This document shows, in pieces, positions 1 through 12,397 of a DNA stretch of 64,000 bases. The notes below the pieces were generated by a model that was not told the origin of the DNA, made no database searches, and saw only the letters and a list, made by a program, of their open reading frames with translations. The DNA is from Polyangiales bacterium (lineage in GTDB: Bacteria; Myxococcota_A; Polyangia; Polyangiales; Ga0077539). The position numbers and the translations under genes are program-made. The DNA lies in contig JBGARZ010000005.1 in the NCBI GenBank assembly GCA_044229975.1, positions 480,001 to 544,000 on the forward strand. The letters run 5' to 3'. Position 1 is the first letter of the stretch. The number at the start of each line of letters is the position of its first letter.

Positions 1-87
1 GCCGAGAAGGCGGATGACCCGATATCGACCACCAATCACCACCTCGCTGGCGGCGGATGCCGGTTCTCCCTGTTTGGTGTCGTTCAT
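1..87 (-). CDS. Ser/Thr protein kinase, N-terminus only (runs off the left edge)
   Basis: Reverse complement of 1..87 reads MNDTKQGEPASAASEVVIGGRYRVIRLLG, the typical entry into Hanks kinase subdomain I; not in the ORF track. Confidence 0.75.
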   Translation of the reverse strand, partial: MNDTKQGEPASAASEVVIGGRYRVIRLLG

Positions 88-339
88 CGTAGTGACCTGA
101 CGGTTGAGACGCCGGTGCCTCCCGAACCCCTCCCGTCGCCCTTGAGCAGTCGCCGTGCCGCCACTCACCCAGCGGCAATTCGCAGGGGAAACACGGGACA
201 CCTCTCTCCGCGGATTCGGCCCGACGCGACCCCGATGCGTCCGCGCAACAGGGCAGTGTTGCGTCCGCGCATCACGCCGCCGACTCCGCACTGGTAAAGT
301 GGGACGGGGCTGGCGTTCTGTGTTGCCCTACGCCCGCGA

Positions 340-378
340 CTTCGGATAGCGATCACCCGTCCGAAGAAGGGTGATCGC
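340..378 (+). promoter_or_regulatory. Interleaved inverted repeats over the RBS of the protease gene
   Basis: CTTCGGA(340-346)/TCCGAAG(360-366) and GCGATCACCC(349-358)/GGGTGATCGC(369-378); ATG at 381. Confidence 0.4.
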
Positions 379-380
379 CG

Positions 381-1406
381 ATGCCGCCGAATCTCGATCA
401 GATGACCCACGCGCAGCTCAAGGCCGAGCTGACGACCCAGTTCGCTTCAGCCTGGAAAGATGCGTTCATGCTGTTCGCGCCTGGAATTCCCCAGGAAGAG
501 CTGCGCGACCTGCTGAAGCAGTTGAAGGTGGTTTCGCCCGTTCTCCGGAAGGTCGCAATCAACCGGTGGCTGGTGCGGTGGGTCGAAGAGACCGTGGGGC
601 TGCACCAGGCGCGCCTCGACTCCGCCCCGATCGACCACGGTATCCCCTTCAGCCCTGACTGGCCTACTGATCAGGCAGATCCCGGTCTGGTCTGGGTGCG
701 AGACGTCGTCGAAACCGCGTCCAAGCTGGTCCATCCGGCGACTGGTGCCGTGATCGACACGGCCTCTGGCACCGCCGAAGGGAGCGGGGTGCTCGTCGGG
801 CCGAAGCGCTTCCTCACCGTGGGTCACGTCGGCAACGATCCCGAACTCAAGAACGGTAAATGCTCTGCCGTGTTCAGTCGGGTCGTCCCCAACGCGAAGG
901 GTTGGAGCATCGAAACGAAGAAGGTCGCCATTACGGAGTGGCTCGGTCCGCCCGCCAACTTTCTGGCGACGGGGCCGACGGTCACGCTGCTCGGATTGGC
1001 CGAAGACGTGGCGACCTCCTTCCAGATCACTCCCGTCGAGCTCGCGGGCACAGTGGGCCCGGGCAATTGCTTCTGCGTCCACTTCCCCAAGCAAGACGCG
1101 GTGCCCAGCTTCAAGGTCGCCCTCAACGGGGTGATCAAGATGCTCGAGCGATCGAGCCCGCGCCCGTTCGTCTACAAGACGCTCTCGTGGGGGCCGCGAA
1201 AGGCATCGGGCACGGCGGGCTTCGTCGTCCACGGATGCAACTCGCAAGGCGCGTCCTCCGGCGCGCCGATCTTCGACGTCGCCGGGAAGCTCCTCGCGAT
1301 CAACAACGGTTTGAAGACGGGCGGCATCCAGGGGACAGACGACGAGTATCCCCACGTCGCAGTCGACGTGACGGCGATCGATCCGACATGGCTGAAGGGT
1401 CCATAA
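381..1406 (+). CDS. Trypsin-like serine peptidase with an N-terminal helical domain
   Basis: GSGVLVG..FLTVGHV (His), GASSGAPIFD (Ser); no signal peptide. Confidence 0.8.
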   Translation: MPPNLDQMTHAQLKAELTTQFASAWKDAFMLFAPGIPQEELRDLLKQLKVVSPVLRKVAINRWLVRWVEETVGLHQARLDSAPIDHGIPFSPDWPTDQADPGLVWVRDVVETASKLVHPATGAVIDTASGTAEGSGVLVGPKRFLTVGHVGNDPELKNGKCSAVFSRVVPNAKGWSIETKKVAITEWLGPPANFLATGPTVTLLGLAEDVATSFQITPVELAGTVGPGNCFCVHFPKQDAVPSFKVALNGVIKMLERSSPRPFVYKTLSWGPRKASGTAGFVVHGCNSQGASSGAPIFDVAGKLLAINNGLKTGGIQGTDDEYPHVAVDVTAIDPTWLKGP

Positions 1407-1453
1407 CCGACAACTCGCGCTCGGGGCGATTCACACATCAAAGGGACAACACG

Positions 1454-1944
1454 ATGACAAAGAAGATTGAAGACGACCGCTCCGCTACGACGACCACCGC
1501 TGACCCGACGACCACCGACGACCCAACGACCGCCGCCGACCCGTCGGCCGCGCCGATCGACATCCTCGGAGACCCCGGCTCGGTGTTTCTCCAGGAGCCG
1601 GGCGATCATGAGATCGACCCGGGTCACCTGTGGATCTTCCGGATCAACGGCGCGACCACCACCCTCTTCGGGGAGGTCTACGTCGAGACCCTCTCCAGTG
1701 GCATGAAGCGCGAGCACTGGTTTCTGTACACCTCCGTCGCCGGCGCCACCCACCCCACCAACGCAACAACCCTATCCAAGTACGTGTGGCCGGGCAGCAG
1801 CGCGACCAACATCACGATGAAGTTCAGCTACAACCAGGAGAAGCTGAAGAAGGCCAACGGCGACACCGTCACGCCCGCCGACTACCGCACGTATCTCAGC
1901 GGCGCGAACATCTCGACCACGTACATCATCAGCGACCCGCAGGT

Positions 1945-1951
<7 letters not shown>
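1454..1951 (+). CDS. Hypothetical protein, 165 aa, with a Thr/Asp/Pro-rich N-terminus
   Basis: AAGGGA RBS-like sequence before ATG 1454; protein-like composition; C-terminal part of ORF 860..1951. Confidence 0.75.
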
Positions 1952-4626
<2,675 letters not shown>

Positions 4627-4638
4627 GCGTTGCACCGA

Positions 4639-5985
4639 ATGAAGCCAGAGCCCACGACCGGCACCGAGCGCCTCGAACATACGCGGGTCGAGCCGGGGCA
4701 CCGGGTGAAAAGCTTCCGGGTCGAGGTGCGCGAGGGCCCCGACGAGGGCGCCGCGCCGGTGTCGAGCGGGGGCGCCAAGGTGACCGTCGGGTCGGGCGTG
4801 GGCAACACGCTGCGGCTGGCGCACGACCGCAAGGCGAGCCGATTTCACCTGGAGCTGACCCCGGGGGTGCGCTCGGTGATCGTGCGCGATCTGGGGTCGA
4901 CCAACGGCACGCGTATCGACGCGGCGCGGTTTCGGGACGCGGCGGTGGAGCTGTTCGAGTCGGCCGACCTCCAGGTGGGCGAGACCTGGGTGCGCGTGGA
5001 CATCGACGCGGAGATGGCCGTGGTCCCGACGCTCGAAGCGCCCACCTTCGCGGCCATGGTCGGGCGCTCGCCGGTGATGCGCGCGGTGTTCGAGCGCACG
5101 CGGCAGGTGGCGCCGACAAAGATCCCGGTGCTCATCACCGGGGAGAACGGCACGGGCAAGGAGCTCCTCGCCCGCGCCATCCACGCCCACGCGACGGGCC
5201 GGGGCGGGCGCTTCGTGGTGGTGGACTGCTCGGCGGTGCCCGAGACGCTGGCCGAGAGCGAGTTCTTCGGCACCGAGCGCGGCGGCTTCACCAACGCGGC
5301 GCGGCGCGCGGGGCCCTTCGAGCGGGCCCACCGGGGGACGCTCTTCCTCGACGAAATTGGCGAGCTGCCACTGTCGCTCCAGCCGAAGCTGCTGCGGGTT
5401 CTGGAAGAGGGGACGGTTCAGCGCGTCGGCGGCTCGCAGCGCCACAAGGTGGACGTGCGGGTGGTGTGCGCCACCAACCGCGACCTGCGGCGGCGCCTCA
5501 ATGACAACACCTTCCGCACCGACCTCTTCTTCCGCCTCGCGGGCTGCGAGATCGAAGTGCCGCCGCTCCGCGAGCGCCTCGACGACCTCGACGACCTTAT
5601 CGAGGCGATTCTGCGCGACGTGTGCCGCGACGACGACCTGGCCCCCGACACGCGCCTCGGGCCCGAGCAGGTCGAGGCGATGCGGCGACGGGAGTGGCCG
5701 GGCAACATCCGCGAGCTGCGGCACCACGTGAGGCTGCTCGCGCACGGCATCTCGCCGACGGTGCATCGCGCCGCGGACGCCGTCGCGACGGCGACGCTCG
5801 CCGGGGCCAACCTCGAAGACGTCTGGATGCTGCCGAAGGCCCAGGCCGACGCCCACTTCGAGAAGGAGTACCTGCTGCGGTTGTTCGCGCGCTGCGAGCA
5901 CAGCGTGACGGCGGCGGCGACCGCGGCGGGGCTCAACCGCGTGTCGCTCAACCGCGCGCTCCAGCGGCACAAGATCAAGCGGTAG
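4639..5985 (+). CDS. FHA-domain sigma54-dependent transcriptional activator
   Basis: SRFH..DLGSTNGT (FHA); GENGTGKE; GGFTNA; LFLDEIGEL; WPGNIREL; C-terminal HTH. Confidence 0.92.
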   Translation: MKPEPTTGTERLEHTRVEPGHRVKSFRVEVREGPDEGAAPVSSGGAKVTVGSGVGNTLRLAHDRKASRFHLELTPGVRSVIVRDLGSTNGTRIDAARFRDAAVELFESADLQVGETWVRVDIDAEMAVVPTLEAPTFAAMVGRSPVMRAVFERTRQVAPTKIPVLITGENGTGKELLARAIHAHATGRGGRFVVVDCSAVPETLAESEFFGTERGGFTNAARRAGPFERAHRGTLFLDEIGELPLSLQPKLLRVLEEGTVQRVGGSQRHKVDVRVVCATNRDLRRRLNDNTFRTDLFFRLAGCEIEVPPLRERLDDLDDLIEAILRDVCRDDDLAPDTRLGPEQVEAMRRREWPGNIRELRHHVRLLAHGISPTVHRAADAVATATLAGANLEDVWMLPKAQADAHFEKEYLLRLFARCEHSVTAAATAAGLNRVSLNRALQRHKIKR

Positions 5986-5997
5986 CGGCGTCGGCCT

Positions 5998-7389
5998 TCA
6001 AGGGCAGTAGCGGCTCGCCACGCGGCGCGCGAAGTCCTGCATGAACTCCGTGTAGTCGTTGAGGCAGATGGATCCGATGACGCCGTTGCCGTAGGTCTCG
6101 TCGAAGCGGCGCACGACCTCCGCGATGCGGCGCGAGGGCAGCGCGAAGTACTGCTGGTCGGAGCTGCACGGCGGGTTCGTCGGGTCGTACGAGGTGCCCT
6201 GGCGGCGGCAGGCGGGCACCACACGCGTCGAGCACGCCGGGTCCATGTTGGCCTGCCGCATGGAGATGGGGCCCTCGGCTGACATGCCGACGTCTCCGTC
6301 GGAGCCGTCCGGGTTGCGACCGAGGAGGTAGTCCCAGGCGACGCCGCGAGCGGTGAAGGGCAGGTTGATGGGAACCCCCGCGAGCGCGCCGAAGACCACG
6401 AGGTGCGGCGCGCCAGGCTTGAGCGACGTGAGCCCGCGCGTCGGGTTGCCGGGTGTGATGTAGCGGTCGACGTTCCAGGTGGGGTCCTGCAACGAGCCGG
6501 GGCGGTAGTTGTAGAAGCGGAGGTTGAGGTCGACGGACGCCCAGGTGGCGTTGGTGCTGTCGTAGACGCCGATGCCGTCGGTGCAGGGCACACCGTTTTC
6601 GGCGTAGCGGCAGTCGCGCACCGAGCCGTCCTCCTCGTCGGTGAGCATCACGATGCCGAGCACCGCGTTGGGGCGCACGAAGCCCGCGTTGGGGTCGATG
6701 TTGCCGGGCTGCTCGCGGGGGTTGTGCACGACGAGCGCGCGGTAGAGCGACTCCAGTTGCTGCTCCAGGCCGCAGCCGCCGACCGAGAGGTACGCATTGC
6801 AGACGAAGTCGTCGCGGAAGGCCATCGGGTCGGTGGTGGCCGCGTCGAAGGTGAGAAACGAGGGGTACTGCGTCGGCACCATCATGCAGCGCGCGGGGCG
6901 AACTCGCGCGGGCGCGGTGGTCCACGGCTGGTGCGAGCGGATCGCCTGGCCGTTGCGGATCGGGTTGAGCAGGCCGTCGTCGCCGACGTCACTGTTGGCG
7001 CAGGAAGGGACGGTGCTGCCAGGCGTTCCGAGGTCGGTGGAGATGACGCCGACGTGGAGGCTCACCGCCTGGGCGCTGAGCTCGCCGAAGAAGCCCGCGA
7101 TGTTGCGCGCGAGGTTGGCCTGGTTGGCGGCCATGGAGCCGGAGTTGTCGATCACGAATAGGATGTCGGCGGCGCGACCCGCGGCGCACACCGGAGGAAT
7201 GTCGGTGACCGGCGGTACGTCGCGCGTGGGCACCGGAGCATCGGGCCTCGCGATGGGTCCATCGCCCACCGGAACCGGGGTGTCGGCGACGACGACGGGG
7301 CCACCTCCGTCCGCCTGGATCGTGATGATCCGGGCCGAGCAGCCACCGAGTGCGAGCGCGAACACGAGACCGCGAGTGACGATGCCCAT
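5998..7389 (-). CDS. Myxobacterial vWA-domain lipoprotein
   Basis: Lipobox LALGGC; DILFVIDNSGSM MIDAS motif; LTDEED; Cys-rich. Confidence 0.8.
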   Translation of the reverse strand: MGIVTRGLVFALALGGCSARIITIQADGGGPVVVADTPVPVGDGPIARPDAPVPTRDVPPVTDIPPVCAAGRAADILFVIDNSGSMAANQANLARNIAGFFGELSAQAVSLHVGVISTDLGTPGSTVPSCANSDVGDDGLLNPIRNGQAIRSHQPWTTAPARVRPARCMMVPTQYPSFLTFDAATTDPMAFRDDFVCNAYLSVGGCGLEQQLESLYRALVVHNPREQPGNIDPNAGFVRPNAVLGIVMLTDEEDGSVRDCRYAENGVPCTDGIGVYDSTNATWASVDLNLRFYNYRPGSLQDPTWNVDRYITPGNPTRGLTSLKPGAPHLVVFGALAGVPINLPFTARGVAWDYLLGRNPDGSDGDVGMSAEGPISMRQANMDPACSTRVVPACRRQGTSYDPTNPPCSSDQQYFALPSRRIAEVVRRFDETYGNGVIGSICLNDYTEFMQDFARRVASRYCP

Positions 7390-7498
7390 GACGACGTAGA
7401 CCTCCGTGAACCGATGCGTGGAGTCTCAGCACTACCGCACGATGGAGAGCGTCTTCAATCAGGCCGCGCGGCCGCAGTGGGGCAACCGTTGTTGGCAG

Positions 7499-8050
7499 TC
7501 ACTCCTCCAGCGCGCGCTGCTTCTCCCTGATGTCCGCGAGTCGCTCCGACCAGACGCGACCCGCCACCGTCGCCACGATGCTCCCCTGCGGCAGCTCCTC
7601 GACCCGCTGCCCGGTCAGCATCTTCGCCAGCACCTCGGGCCAGAACTCCTCGTTCTCCAGATCAGGAACGTCCTTCGCCCACTTGAGCTCCGCCCGCTGC
7701 GCCGCGAGGTCTTCCGCGCTCACCGCCGTCGCCGCCGTCGCGCTCGCGACCTCCGCCGCAAACGCCGCCGCGCTCGTCACCACCTGCTGCAACGCCACGC
7801 CGCGCGGGTCCCACGTCCCGATGAGCACCGCGGGCGTCTCACCCGCCATCACGCACGGCACCAGCATCACGTGCGGCACCCGCCACGGAACCCACAGCGT
7901 CATCACCAGGTACCGCCGCGCGACGTCGAGGTCGGGCTCCTCGGCCCCCGGAACCGCCGTCACATGTCCGCGGCAACGCAGCGACAGGAGCGTCGTCGCG
8001 AGCTCCCGGGCCAGCGCGCGGGCCCGGTCGATGGGTCGTTGGGTCGTCAT
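7499..8050 (-). CDS. Hypothetical protein
   Basis: GGAGG upstream of ATG 8050; co-oriented with neighbours. Confidence 0.6.
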   Translation of the reverse strand: MTTQRPIDRARALARELATTLLSLRCRGHVTAVPGAEEPDLDVARRYLVMTLWVPWRVPHVMLVPCVMAGETPAVLIGTWDPRGVALQQVVTSAAAFAAEVASATAATAVSAEDLAAQRAELKWAKDVPDLENEEFWPEVLAKMLTGQRVEELPQGSIVATVAGRVWSERLADIREKQRALEE

Positions 8051-8072
8051 CGATGTCCCTCCACAAGAGTCG

Positions 8073-9065
8073 TCACCGCGGCGCGAGGAAGTGGCCGCCC
8101 AGCCAGCGCCACTCTTCATCGGTCATCTCCCACTCGGAGTACAGCGCCACGCCCTGGAGGTTGTCCGGCCCTCGCTCGCCGAGCCCCGCATGAACGCCCC
8201 GCAGCGCCGTCCGGAGGTTCTCCACGTCGGGCCGGTGCCAGGGCTTGTCGGCGTCGTCGTAGGCGGGCAGGCCCAGCAGCACCGGCGTCGGGGCGGCGTC
8301 GCGCAGCACCTCGCGCGTCCAGCTCGCCATGAGGGCCTCGTAGGGCTTCGCGAGGCGCAGGCCCGTGTCGTACATCATCACGGCGACCTGATCGGAGCGC
8401 CGCGCCACCTCGCGAAAGTACGCGGGCGTCCAGTGGATCTCGAGGTCGTCCTGCCAGCGTGTGGGCGGCGGGTACGCGGCGACGGAGAGCACCCGACCGG
8501 GCGGCAGCGCCGCGCGAATCGCGTCGAGCAGCCGAAGCATCCCGACGTGCCCGGAGGGCCACGGCTCGACGTTGAGATGAACGCCCGCCAGACGCGGATG
8601 CTCGTCGAGGAGCTGCCGGATGCCGCGCGCCATGTGCCGGCGATAGACGTCCTCGTCGGGAAACACCTGCCGCTCGAACACACCGCCCACCCACGGCATC
8701 ACGCGCATCCCGACGGTGGCATCGAGGAGGCGCTCGGTCTGCTCGACGTCGTGCGGCGGCAGCGAGTCGCCCTCCATCGGGCACAGGTGCGGATAGAGGT
8801 CGGTGACGTGGTGCGTGCGCAGTCGGGCCGCGAGGGCGACGACCGCGGCGGGGTCGCGGAAGCGATGAGGGTCGCGGTGGTTGCGGGTGAACCACACGTC
8901 GGCGCCCATCCACCCGTGGGCCATCCAGACGGCGTTGCGACGGCGGTCGTGGCGGCCGTCGGTGCGGTCGGCGCCAGGGGTCCAGAGGGCGTAGGCGAGG
9001 CACAGCGCGAGCGCGATGACGGCGAGGGCGACGAAGGGCCGACGGGCGATGGGGCGCGTGCTCAC
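8073..9065 (-). CDS. Membrane-anchored GH18-like glycoside hydrolase-fold protein
   Basis: N-terminal TM; GVHLNVEP (variant DxDxE), VAVMMYDT, LLGLPAY. Confidence 0.65.
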   Translation of the reverse strand: MSTRPIARRPFVALAVIALALCLAYALWTPGADRTDGRHDRRRNAVWMAHGWMGADVWFTRNHRDPHRFRDPAAVVALAARLRTHHVTDLYPHLCPMEGDSLPPHDVEQTERLLDATVGMRVMPWVGGVFERQVFPDEDVYRRHMARGIRQLLDEHPRLAGVHLNVEPWPSGHVGMLRLLDAIRAALPPGRVLSVAAYPPPTRWQDDLEIHWTPAYFREVARRSDQVAVMMYDTGLRLAKPYEALMASWTREVLRDAAPTPVLLGLPAYDDADKPWHRPDVENLRTALRGVHAGLGERGPDNLQGVALYSEWEMTDEEWRWLGGHFLAPR

Positions 9066-9087
9066 GGCACCTCCCAACGCGCGACCG

Positions 9088-10956
9088 TCACCGACCGGCG
9101 TCACCGGGGCGGCGCGACTCGATCGCGCGGATGGCCTGCGACACCGCGCCGTTCATGCAGGCGTTGCAGGTGCCCAGCGAGAGGAAGCCGCAGCCCGACC
9201 CCGTCGGGATGCGACGCAGCGCCGGCAGCGCCCGCTCGTCGGCGTCGCGACCGAGGGCCTCGACCACGGGCCGCTTCGCCTCGCACGAGCGCGCCGCCGA
9301 CAGCGCGATGAGCCCCCGCTGCGTGGCGTCGACGCGCCCCGCGAAGGGCGGCGCCGCCAACAGCGCTTCGATGCGCGCGCGACCCGGACCGCGCACGGCC
9401 GCGGCCACCAGCGGGTCGAGCGCGACGTCGACGAGAGGGCCGCGCAGCAGCTCGCCCGCGGGCGCGGCGAGCGTCGGGGACGTGGCGTAGATGCGGGCCA
9501 CGTCGTCGGCCATGGGCTCTTCGGCGAAGAGGGCCGGGGCCTCGCGCTGGGCGTCGCGGTAGGCGTCGAGGGACTTGGAGGCGGTGTCCCGATCGCGGGC
9601 GTAGACACCGCCGAGCACGAAGGCGAGCGCGGCGTCCCGCGGGCTCGCGGCGCGCTGGGCTTCGAGGGCGCGGGCGGTCGACTCGCGCTGACGGGCCGTC
9701 GCGGTGGGGAGATCGGCGCGCGCGCGGAGCGCGGCGATGCGGGCGCGCAGGTCGTCGACCGGAGCGGGGCGCCCCTCGGGGTGAGCGGGCGCGGCGCGGC
9801 GGCGAGCGGCGATGGGCGTCGCTTCGGGAGCGAGGTCGGCGTTGCGGTGCGCACCACGGGTCGCGGCGAGCAGGAGCCCGAGGGAGAGCGCGGCGCCACC
9901 GACGATGACGCCCCAGCGGGCGAGCGCGGGAAGAGCGCGCCACCCGGTGACGGTAACGGTGGCGGTCACGGGCGCGGGCACGACCACGGGCGCAGGGGCG
10001 GGCGCTTCGGGCGGAGCGGGCTCGGTCGGGGTGCGCTCGACCGGCGGCGCATCGAAGGCCGCTTCGAGGGCGTCGACGAACGCGACGGCGTTGGCGTAGC
10101 GATCGGCGGGCGCCTTGGACAGCGCGCGAGCGAACACCGCATCGACCTCGGGGGAGAAGTGTCCTTCGGGGTACACGGCGGAGGGCGCCGGGGCCGTGGC
10201 GGTGAGGTGCGCCATGAGCAGGGCCATGATGTCTTCGTGATCGAAGGGGCGGCGGCCGACGGTCATCTCGTAGACCACGACGGCGAGCGCGTAGAGGTCG
10301 GCGCGGTGGTCGATGGCGGTGCCCGCGGCCTGCTCGGGGGCCATGTACTCGGGCGTCCCGAGGACGATGCCGGTGCGCGTGAGGGCGGCGCCCGCCGGGC
10401 CGTCGGGCTGGAAGATCTTCGCGATGCCGAAGTCGATGACCTTCACGCACTCGGCGCCCTCGCGGCGGCCGATGAGGACGTTTTCGGGCTTCACGTCGCG
10501 GTGCACGATGCCGAGGGAGTGCGCGTGGTCGAGGGCCTTGGCGATGGGGCGGGCGAGCTCGATGACCCGCACGTGGGGCAGCGCGCGGGCCCGCTCCAGC
10601 ACGTCGCGCAGCAGCTCCCCTTCGATGTATTCCATCGCCAGGAAGCAACGGCCGCGTTCGTCCGTTCCGGCATCATGGACGGCGATGACGTTGGGGTGTT
10701 CGAGGCGGGCGGCGGCGATGGCCTCGCGGGCGAAGCGCTCGGCCACCTCGCGGTTGCCCGTGAGCTCCTCCTTCAAGAACTTCACCGCCACCGAGCGCTG
10801 CAAGCCCTCGTGACGCGCGAGGTAGACGCTGCCCATCGCGCCCTCGCCGATGCGACGCACGAGGCGGTAGCGCCCGCCGACGAGCGTCCCCTCGGGCTGG
10901 TCGTCGAGGGTGCCGTTGGCGTCCCCGCGGTCGTCGTTGGAAGGCGTCTCGCTCAT
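9088..10956 (-). CDS. Transmembrane Ser/Thr protein kinase
   Basis: IGEGAMGSV, HRDVKPEN, DFG, GTPEYMAPEQ; TM; C-terminal helical domain with Cys. Confidence 0.92.
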   Translation of the reverse strand: MSETPSNDDRGDANGTLDDQPEGTLVGGRYRLVRRIGEGAMGSVYLARHEGLQRSVAVKFLKEELTGNREVAERFAREAIAAARLEHPNVIAVHDAGTDERGRCFLAMEYIEGELLRDVLERARALPHVRVIELARPIAKALDHAHSLGIVHRDVKPENVLIGRREGAECVKVIDFGIAKIFQPDGPAGAALTRTGIVLGTPEYMAPEQAAGTAIDHRADLYALAVVVYEMTVGRRPFDHEDIMALLMAHLTATAPAPSAVYPEGHFSPEVDAVFARALSKAPADRYANAVAFVDALEAAFDAPPVERTPTEPAPPEAPAPAPVVVPAPVTATVTVTGWRALPALARWGVIVGGAALSLGLLLAATRGAHRNADLAPEATPIAARRRAAPAHPEGRPAPVDDLRARIAALRARADLPTATARQRESTARALEAQRAASPRDAALAFVLGGVYARDRDTASKSLDAYRDAQREAPALFAEEPMADDVARIYATSPTLAAPAGELLRGPLVDVALDPLVAAAVRGPGRARIEALLAAPPFAGRVDATQRGLIALSAARSCEAKRPVVEALGRDADERALPALRRIPTGSGCGFLSLGTCNACMNGAVSQAIRAIESRRPGDAGR

Positions 10957-10995
10957 CGCTCGGGGGAGGGCACCGTATCACGCGATGCCGGGGAG

Positions 10996-12342
10996 ATGGT
11001 CCGCCCGGTGCGAGCCCTCGGCCTGTTCGTCGCGCTCGTCGCGCTCGGTGCCGCGTGCTCGCGACCACGGCGCACGCCGCCGCGACCACGCGTCGCGCCC
11101 GCTGTCGTCATCTCTCCGACACCCACCGCCACCGCGCCAACACCCGCCTGGAACGCCGCGTTCTCCATGCGCTCCGCCGTCGCGAGCTTCGCGCCGATGC
11201 CCGACGTGGTGGTGCACGCGCCCGCGGGCTTCGACGCCCGACAGCCGCTCCATCTCATCGTGATCTTCCACGGCATGGGCCACTCGGCGCTCGTGTGGCT
11301 CGGCAACGGGCTCCCCGATCCGCGCACGGGTCGTCCCGTCATCGGCTGGGCCGGCGACGTGCGCCACGACCTCGCCAGCACGCGCTCGCTCATCCTCGCT
11401 CCGCAGTGTGACGACCGCCCTGGACGGTCGCGCCTCGGTCGACTGCAAGCGCGCGGAGGCTTCCGTCGCTTTCTCGACGAGCTGCTGCGGGAGACGCTCG
11501 CGCCGCGGCTGGGCGGCCCTCACACGCTGGCCGACGTGGAGAGCGTGACGCTCGTCGGGTCGAGCGCAGGAGGCCCGGCCATCGCCAACCTCCTCGACCT
11601 CGACGACCTCGACGGACGCGTTCGCAACGTGGTGCTCTTCGACTCGCTCTACGGCGCGGAGTCCATCTACGCGCGCTGGATGCGCGGCGGCGACGCGGCC
11701 CACCCGCGGCGGCTGGTCTGTCTGCACGCGGGCACGCGGTACACGGCCGGGCCGGTGGCGCGGCTCGCGGCGATGCTGCGCGCGACGATGGGCGAGCAGG
11801 TGGTGGTGCAGCCGCGCACGTCGATGACCGAAGCCGTTCGAACGCACCGCGCGGTGTTCGCGACGGCCAACTGCGAGCACATCAGCATGGGCAACGCGTA
11901 CCTCGACAAGGTGCTGCGCGGACTCGATCTGCCAGCGCGAGAGCCCGACCCGGACTTGAAGATTCCAGTGGTAGAACCGGGTGCGCCGACGACGGTGGTG
12001 ACCACCGGGAGCGTCACGCGGGGGCGGCTCGAAGCGAGCGACGCGAGGATGCGCGACGGGTCGGCGTTTGATGACTACGCCATCGAGCTCGGGGCGGGGC
12101 AGCGCGCGACGCTGGAGCTGCGGGGCGGAGCGACGCGAGGGTATCTCTGCCACGTGCTCGACGTGCAGATGCGGGTGCTCGACGGGGAGCGCGTGGTGGC
12201 GGACGACGACGACGGCGCGGGCGGCCTCGGGAGCCGGGTGGCGTTCACGGCGACGAGGGCGGGGCGGTACACGGTGCGGGTGATGGCGCACGGGCCGTGG
12301 GGCAACCACGGGGACTACGTGCTGCGGTGGGTGGCGGAGTGA
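10996..12342 (+). CDS. Lipoprotein: alpha/beta-hydrolase-like domain plus C-terminal PPC domain
   Basis: Lipobox LGAAC; GSSAGG; LFDSLYG; DDDGAGG..S..G.Y.V PPC signature. Confidence 0.75.
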   Translation: MVRPVRALGLFVALVALGAACSRPRRTPPRPRVAPAVVISPTPTATAPTPAWNAAFSMRSAVASFAPMPDVVVHAPAGFDARQPLHLIVIFHGMGHSALVWLGNGLPDPRTGRPVIGWAGDVRHDLASTRSLILAPQCDDRPGRSRLGRLQARGGFRRFLDELLRETLAPRLGGPHTLADVESVTLVGSSAGGPAIANLLDLDDLDGRVRNVVLFDSLYGAESIYARWMRGGDAAHPRRLVCLHAGTRYTAGPVARLAAMLRATMGEQVVVQPRTSMTEAVRTHRAVFATANCEHISMGNAYLDKVLRGLDLPAREPDPDLKIPVVEPGAPTTVVTTGSVTRGRLEASDARMRDGSAFDDYAIELGAGQRATLELRGGATRGYLCHVLDVQMRVLDGERVVADDDDGAGGLGSRVAFTATRAGRYTVRVMAHGPWGNHGDYVLRWVAE

Positions 12343-12397
12343 CGCGCGTCGAGGAGACCGATGCGGAGCGACTGCTTCGGGGCGATAGTCGCGGGCC

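Noticed and set aside
311..326. TGGCGTTCTGTGTTGC as a sigma54 promoter for the protease
   Set aside because: GG-to-GC spacing is one base too long for the strict -24/-12 geometry
4627..5970. 1341-aa ORF 1945..5970 as one protein
   Set aside because: Its first ~448 codons are the antisense shadow of the sigma54 activator; the kinase begins near 4626
9016..10995. N-terminal 660 aa of ORF 9016..12342, and similar long Arg/Ala/Gly-rich ORFs (e.g. 2038..4599, 35732..39142, 45117..47612, 55860..57530)
   Set aside because: Stop-poor antisense or alternative frames typical of very high GC DNA, overlapping well-supported genes
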